From: Parvularculaceae bacterium
GTDB taxonomy: Bacteria > Pseudomonadota > Alphaproteobacteria > Caulobacterales > Parvularculaceae
Length of the DNA: 42,509 nt
Direction: 5' to 3'
Assembly (NCBI GenBank): GCA_041739835.1
Contig: JBGSNB010000037.1
Location: 1-42,509 of the forward strand
In this document: piece after piece, positions 37,167 through 42,509 of the stretch
Position numbering within the stretch: the stretch's first letter is position 1
Layout of the letters: each line of letters starts with the position of its first letter
The notes under the pieces: model-generated
Told to the model about the DNA's origin: nothing
Seen by the model: the letters and a program-made list of their open reading frames with translations, nothing else
The model's database searches: none
Program-made: the position numbers and the translations under genes

Positions 37167-39245
37167 ATGAAATCAATCCTCAATTTCGTTTCCGCCGCGG
37201 CGGCCGCATTTGCGATCAATGCTGGCGAAGTCTCCGCCGCCGAACTTTCCGTGGCGTCGCCGAACGGAGAGATCGTCGTCACGGTAAGCGATGAGGACGG
37301 AATTCCCGCTTACTCGGTCGCCTATCGCGGGCGGGACGCGGTTAGGCAATCGCGCCTCGGCATGCGTTTCAAGAAGGCGTCGGGACTTGATGATGGACTG
37401 GCGATCGCCACAAGCGCGACAGCCTCGCAGGATGCGACATGGGAACAGCCTTGGGGCGAACGCCGCCTCGTGCGCGATCATTACAATGAGCTATTCGTGG
37501 ACTTCGCAGCGCCGAATGAACCGCAGCGGCGCATGGGCGTGCGATTTCGCGCCTTTGATGATGGCGTCGGCTTCCGCTATGAAATCCCGCGCACAAAGAA
37601 AGCAAAATCTGACGAGCTGACCGACGAGCTCACGGAGTTCGCCGTCGCGGAAGAGACAAGGGTCTGGTGGCTGCCGGCGCGCTACTGGAATCGCTATGAG
37701 TACCTCTATCGTGAAAGCTCCGCGAACGAAGAATTGACCTCGCACACGCCGATGACGATGAAGACGCCCGCCGGCGTCTATCTCAGTATTCATGAAGCCG
37801 CGCTCGTCGATTACGCCGGCGTGTCGCTGCGCCAGATCCGCCCGGGTCGGTTCAAGGCGGACTTGTCGCGCTGGTCGGACGGCGCGCTCGTCAAGTTCGA
37901 TGGGACGCTGACCAGTCCCTGGCGGACGATCCAGATTTCGCCGGACGCGAAGGGTCTCCTCAATTCCAGCCTCATTCTCAATCTCAACGAGCCGAACAAG
38001 ATCGGCGACGTGTCCTGGTTCGAGCCCGGCAAATATGTCGGCGTCTGGTGGGAGATGCACATTCGGGATTCGAGCTGGGGCATGAAGCCGCTCCACGGGG
38101 CGACGACCGAGAACGTCAAGCGGTATATCGAATTCGCCGCCAAATATGGTTTCAAAGGCGTCCTTGTGGAGGGCTGGAATGTCGGATGGGACGACAACTG
38201 GTTCGGAAACGGCAAGGTCTTCGACTTCAAGAAATCCTATCCGGACTTCGACTTGGCCGCGCTGGCGGCCTATGGCGCTGAAAAAGGCGTGCGCATTGTC
38301 GGCCATCATGAGACCGGCGGCGCGGCGACGCATTATGAAAGGCAAATGGAAGAAGCCTTTGAGCTCTATGAGCAGAATGGCGTCAGAGTGGTGAAAACCG
38401 GCTATGTCGCCGACGGCGGGGGCATTCAGCGTATCGACGACAGGAATGTGACGCGCTTTGAGTGGCATGACGGCCAGTTTATGGCGCGCCATCATCTCGA
38501 CGTCGTGAAGGCGGCGGCGCGGCGCAAGATCGCCATCAATCCGCATGAGCCGATCAAGGACACAGGTCTTCGTCGCACTTACCCGAACTGGGTCGCGCGC
38601 GAAGGCGCGCGCGGTCAGGAATACAATGCCTGGGGAATGCCGCCCAATCCGCCCGAACACGAGGCGATGCTCGCCTTTACGCGCATGCTGGCGGGCCCGA
38701 TGGACTTCACCCCCGGCATTTTCGATCTCGAACCGAACAAGCGCCCACCGATCCGCGAAGACATGCCGCGCTCTATTCCCGAAATCCGCGTGGAGACGAC
38801 GCTTGCCAAGCAGCTCGCGCTATATGTCGTTCTCTATTCGCCGATCCAGATGGCGGCGGATTTGCCCGAGAACTATGAGAAGCGGCGCGATGCGTTCCAG
38901 TTCATTGTTGATGTTCCGGCGGACTGGGAGGAGAGCATCGGTCTCAGCGGCGAGATTGGCGACTACGTCGTCATGGCGCGCAAGGAGCGCGGCGGCGATG
39001 ATTGGTTCGTCGGCGCCGTTTCAGATGAAGAAGCGCGCGACATTGAGATTGATCTCGGATTTCTTGATGACGGAAAGCCTTATGTCGCCGAAATCTATCG
39101 GGACGACGCCAAGGCCGACTGGAAGTCAAATCCCTACGGTCTCAAAATTGAAAAGAAAAACGTGGCGCGGGGCGAAATCCTCAAATTGCGCCTTGCCGCC
39201 GGCGGCGGAGCGGCGATCCGATTCAATGCGGGGACGGACAAGTAG
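37167..39245 (+). CDS. GH97 alpha-glucosidase/glucoamylase (SusB-like), secreted
   Basis: Signal peptide; SPWR, LNLNEP, KYVGVWW, GHHET, VKTGYV, HEP, EGARGQEY and GPMDFTPG motifs. Confidence 0.94.
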   Translation: MKSILNFVSAAAAAFAINAGEVSAAELSVASPNGEIVVTVSDEDGIPAYSVAYRGRDAVRQSRLGMRFKKASGLDDGLAIATSATASQDATWEQPWGERRLVRDHYNELFVDFAAPNEPQRRMGVRFRAFDDGVGFRYEIPRTKKAKSDELTDELTEFAVAEETRVWWLPARYWNRYEYLYRESSANEELTSHTPMTMKTPAGVYLSIHEAALVDYAGVSLRQIRPGRFKADLSRWSDGALVKFDGTLTSPWRTIQISPDAKGLLNSSLILNLNEPNKIGDVSWFEPGKYVGVWWEMHIRDSSWGMKPLHGATTENVKRYIEFAAKYGFKGVLVEGWNVGWDDNWFGNGKVFDFKKSYPDFDLAALAAYGAEKGVRIVGHHETGGAATHYERQMEEAFELYEQNGVRVVKTGYVADGGGIQRIDDRNVTRFEWHDGQFMARHHLDVVKAAARRKIAINPHEPIKDTGLRRTYPNWVAREGARGQEYNAWGMPPNPPEHEAMLAFTRMLAGPMDFTPGIFDLEPNKRPPIREDMPRSIPEIRVETTLAKQLALYVVLYSPIQMAADLPENYEKRRDAFQFIVDVPADWEESIGLSGEIGDYVVMARKERGGDDWFVGAVSDEEARDIEIDLGFLDDGKPYVAEIYRDDAKADWKSNPYGLKIEKKNVARGEILKLRLAAGGGAAIRFNAGTDK

Positions 39246-39323
39246 CCGGCCGGGATCGCCCCATGGCAACGGAACAATCAGGGGCCGCGCTGTTCCGCCG
39301 CCGGCGAACGTCGCAATGCCGAC

Positions 39324-39958
39324 TTACAGGCTGGCGATAAACCAAACGACGAAGGCGACGACGCCGAACAGGGCGGCGGCAAGCCCGATTCTGACCATCA
39401 ACGGATCCCTTGGCGGAATCTGTGTCGGCCAGGGCACGGTCAGTGCACGGAGCGCGACGACGAAGGCGGCGGCCCCGCCCGCCACGCGAATCCAGTCCAA
39501 CTGGACCCAGCGCAAGGCCATTTGCGCGGCCTCCGCCTCGGTGAGCGCGCTATTGGGCGCGTCGGTCGCGTGACGCCAGAGCGCGGCGTTCATCGGCCAG
39601 AATTCGACGACGGTCAGAATCAGCAGCGCGAGCATGCCGACCGATGGAACGCAAAGGAGCCACCGGTAATTCCATGGCGTGCGCCAGCCGGCGGCCAGGG
39701 CGCCAAAGGCGGCGATCAGCAAAGCCGCCGAGTACGGCATGAAGATGGCCCCGGTGTCGACCGGCCAGGCCCCCCATACGGCAACAAGGCGAGCGAGGAT
39801 GGCGGATTTGCGCTCCAGGCGCCGGCAAGAACGATCAGATCAAAAAGTTTGGCGCCGACCAACGGCCCCGCAACCAGCGCAACGACCCAAAGAAAAGCCG
39901 AACGACGCGTAGTCTTATGTGGCCCCCCGAAAGGCTCGAACGCCTTTGACACTAACAA
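39324..39958 (-). pseudogene. Frameshifted four-TM membrane protein (DUF1772/anthrone-oxygenase-like)
   Basis: ORFs 39716-39958 and 39324-39740 join into ...AWSANPPSSLALLPYGG/AWPVDTGAIFMPYS...FWPMN...W...DWIR if one base is added to the G6 run at 39770-39775. Start codon uncertain. Confidence 0.6.
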
Positions 39959-40375
39959 AGTTCATGTTCGCGGCATACCGCCTATGTTCGCGATCCGAAC
40001 AGTCTATGGCCCGGTTGGCGGATCGCGATCGGCGCCAGTAAGTCTGGCGCCGATGGCCGTAGGCGGATGATGGCGATGATTTTGGTTGCGGCACGAAATT
40101 CGGAACCGCGCCAATCAAAGCAAGGACGATGCAGCGGAAGTTTTCAAGGCCGCAGATGGAGCGCGGGAACGCGACGTGGACTTCGCGTTGCGCGGGGAGA
40201 GGCAGCGGGCGCGCATCATCAAATCCAGGAAGTCCATTAGCAGAAATGCCAACAGATTTTTGCGCTGGTCAGTGCTTCACGCGATCGGTCGCGGACCGTC
40301 AGATACGGTAACGTATTGAAATTGTTTCAACAAAAGTTCTGTAGTGGACTTCGAGAAACGTTGAGAGACAGGAAA

Positions 40376-40390
40376 TGGTGCCCAGGGGCG
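40376..40390 (-). mobile_element. att-like duplicate of a tRNA 3' end (tRNA-Phe-like), probable genomic island boundary
   Basis: Minus strand reads CGCCCCTGGGCACCA (T-stem 3' strand, acceptor strand, ACCA) with no upstream tRNA body; AT-rich flank and mobile debris to the right. Confidence 0.6.
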
Positions 40391-40519
40391 AGGAGCGCTA
40401 TTTCAGGAAGATCAATAGCTTATCGGAAAGTGGGACACTGATAATTTCCAATGGCTTTTGGTGCTTTTCGGAATTGTGTCCCACTGAAATGTTTATTGAA
40501 TGCGGTTGCCAGTCACGCG

Positions 40520-40792
40520 CAAACGCGTTGCCACGACGACACGCCATGCCGGAACATTATCGCGACTTGCGGCACGGCGTGACAAGATCACGCTCGCTGA
40601 GACCCAAGCCAGCCGCAGCGTCAGCATCGCGCCATAGGTCGCGGCGATAAGTATAAGCGGCCACCAGAGACTGTGATGGCCCGGTTGCATTACTGTGGCC
40701 TGCGGACCGGCTAATATCTTTGGCAGCAGTTCGCCCAGAAGATCAAAGACGATGCCGTTTGCAATGAACTGCACTGAATCCCAGACTGCTTT
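40520..40792 (-). pseudogene. Internal fragment of a CPA1 Na+/H+ antiporter
   Basis: AVWDSVQFIANGIVFDLLGELLPKIL...LRLAWV resembles the mid-region of YjcE/NhaK-type antiporters; about 90 aa only, no own start. Confidence 0.6.
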
Positions 40793-40793
40793 G

Positions 40794-40980
40794 TGTGAAT
40801 TGGCTCCCAAGTTTGACCCCCGGCAATTTGAACCAAGCAACGGATTCGACAAAGCAATTTTGAAAAATGTTGGGGTCACGATCGGCGCCGATGGCGACCC
40901 CAGGCGTTCTGGTAAAGTTTCAATCAGGCCAATCGGTTATGGCCAATTTGAAAGGGATCAATTTTTGGAGTTGATTCACA
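40794..40980. mobile_element. 187-bp non-autonomous IS21-like element (MITE or internally deleted IS)
   Basis: TG...CA ends; 27-bp terminal inverted repeats TGTGAATTGGCTCCCAAGTTTGACCCC vs TGTGAATCAACTCCAAAAATTGATCCC (20/27); internal GGGGTCACGATCGGCGCCGAT sub-repeat; no transposase. Confidence 0.65.
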
Positions 40981-41227
40981 CTTGCGCCTTTACCTGATGC
41001 CCCGTCAGCGGACGCGGAATGAACCACTCGATTTCCGCGCCGTTCAGATCAAAATCTACATCAATTCCGCCATCGCCCGCGTTCTGATGTCCGCCGAACG
41101 TTATGCCTGATATCGGCAGTTGACGTTTGAGAGCTTCTTGTTCGGCCAGATAGCCGACAAGGATACGCAAGTCTGCGTCCGACAGGCGCTCAATATGTTC
41201 TGGAGTAACTTCAAAGATCGTAGCCAT
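40976..41227 (-). pseudogene. Truncated N-terminal restriction-endonuclease-like (Mrr-type) domain
   Basis: DGGID...QVK nuclease-like motif; the stop codon is supplied by the TGTGA end of the adjacent element. Confidence 0.6.
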
Positions 41228-41263
41228 AATTTATCAACGCCATCCATTCAAAAATATTCGCGC

Positions 41264-42499
41264 CTAGCTAGGTTTCTCCGGGAATAATCCCGGCATCCAG
41301 CGCGACGCGAGCGTAGCGGGGAATGCGAGACGCAGTGGCGCGCGTGGGCCTTCAGAAGTGAGCACGCCGCGCTCCAGCAGGGCCGAAGTGATGCGTCGCG
41401 CCTGCCGGTCTACCGTGCCAATGATTCCGCCAACCTCGCCTCGGGGCAGTTCGCCGCGATAGAGAACGGCTTCGAGCACGGCTCCGGATTTCGGCGGCAG
41501 CGCGTCGGCGCGGATTTCTTCTTCGGCCCAGATCATGATGCGGTCCCGCAGGCGATCCGGTTGGACAAGGCCTTCCATGAATTTGATCTGGTCGATGCAG
41601 ATGTTCAGGAAGAACGCCGCGAATTTCGCCAGCGCTTCTTCGCTCAAATTTCCGCGCCCATCGAGATCGTTGTGCCGCGGCAGGTCGCAGGCCGCAAGAT
41701 GCGCCTTGTACTCGCTTTCATTGCGGGCAAGGCCGCGCACGATGGACCAGATACCGCCCGTATCCAGCGCTTCGCGGGTCATTGCGTAGGACATCAGGCG
41801 CGCGACGCGGCCATTACCGTCCAGAAAAGGGTGCAGCCATAAGACACGGTGATGCGCGGTCGCGGCTGCGATGATTGCATCGACTTTTCCCAGCTTCTCG
41901 TAAGCGTCCTCAAAGCGCTTCATAAAACGCGGCAATGCGCCGGGACTGACCGGGACATGTCGGCCTACAATGACATCTCGCTTGCGTAGCTCCCCTGGAA
42001 TGACGCGGATGCGCTCGCCTGTATCGGGGTTTTCGACCCAAAGCAGGTCTTCCGGCAACAATTCGCAAAAGCGCTGGTGAATCTCCAATATACCCGCGCC
42101 GGATGTGGCGCGGTCCTTGAGGCCGTCTTCATCGATCCATTTCTGGACGGCGATGTGGGCGCGCGCCTCCAGTTGCAGATCGCGCTTTTTGGGATCGGCG
42201 CTGTAATCTTCGTTGAGGGCGCGTTCGATATCGACCGGGTGCGTGTCATGCCCCTCAATCAGGTTGCTGTAATAGCAGTTCATTGAGCGCACGAGATCGG
42301 AAAGCGCTCTGACGACGCCCTCCGGCAAGCTGCGGCGCAAGCCCGTCGAAGCAGCGGTCAGTTCGACCGCGAGGTCGGCCAAAGCCTCGCGCAGGCGGCC
42401 GCTTTCGCGCACCAGCAGCGGCTCCATCATGGTGACGGACTCTCCGCGATCTTCCGCCGCTGAAATGTCCGCTTTTATGTCCGGGTTCTTATCACTCAT
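41264..42499 (-). CDS. Fic family protein with C-terminal HTH-like region
   Basis: Canonical HPFLDGNGRVAR motif and N-terminal SNLIEG autoinhibitory motif. Confidence 0.93.
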   Translation of the reverse strand: MSDKNPDIKADISAAEDRGESVTMMEPLLVRESGRLREALADLAVELTAASTGLRRSLPEGVVRALSDLVRSMNCYYSNLIEGHDTHPVDIERALNEDYSADPKKRDLQLEARAHIAVQKWIDEDGLKDRATSGAGILEIHQRFCELLPEDLLWVENPDTGERIRVIPGELRKRDVIVGRHVPVSPGALPRFMKRFEDAYEKLGKVDAIIAAATAHHRVLWLHPFLDGNGRVARLMSYAMTREALDTGGIWSIVRGLARNESEYKAHLAACDLPRHNDLDGRGNLSEEALAKFAAFFLNICIDQIKFMEGLVQPDRLRDRIMIWAEEEIRADALPPKSGAVLEAVLYRGELPRGEVGGIIGTVDRQARRITSALLERGVLTSEGPRAPLRLAFPATLASRWMPGLFPEKPS

Positions 42500-42509
42500 A
42501 AATGCAATA

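Noticed and set aside
36880-37176. N-terminal extension of the GH13 lipoprotein ORF
   Set aside because: Runs through the divergent promoter region into GH97; the lipoprotein signal starts at 36879.
40028-40054. Perfect 11-bp hairpin ATCGGCGCCAG-taagt-CTGGCGCCGAT
   Set aside because: No U tract and no supported gene ends there; function cannot be assigned.
40376-40460. Intact tRNA gene
   Set aside because: Only the last 15 nt match; no TTCGA loop, anticodon arm or D arm follows.
1-42509. CRISPR array, cas genes, integrase or transposase ORFs
   Set aside because: No regularly spaced direct repeats or matching protein motifs were seen.

Overview
GC-rich alphaproteobacterial-type chromosomal segment (taxon inferred from gene content and repeats, not proven). 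It holds three adjacent TonB-receptor-centred catabolic modules, each with its own regulator, followed by the decayed edge of a genomic island. (1) 956-10286: IclR-divergent operon with a fused ThDP E1alpha/beta, a stand-alone lipoyl carrier (no E2 core or E3 in the window), TonB receptor, an alpha/beta-hydrolase whose nucleophile Ser is replaced by Ala, tandem DUF1330 protein, atypical amidohydrolase and acyl-CoA ligase. (2) 10299-21077: GntR/FadR module with HMG-CoA-lyase-like, hydantoinase/oxoprolinase A+B, class III CoA-transferase, isochorismatase-family amidase, TonB receptor and a small secreted protein, tied together by two TTGTATACA operator palindromes. (3) 21499-39245: maltodextrin/starch utilisation locus (MFS, LacI, three GH13, GH97, TonB receptor) with two tryptophan-halogenase-family genes and a DUF6445-like gene embedded. 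(4) 39324-42509: a frameshifted membrane-protein gene, a tRNA 3'-end copy (att-like), a 187-bp IS21-like miniature element joining two truncated genes, and a Fic gene. No CRISPR array, rRNA or intact tRNA was seen. The best candidates for undescribed systems are modules 1 and 2, whose substrates cannot be read from sequence alone.
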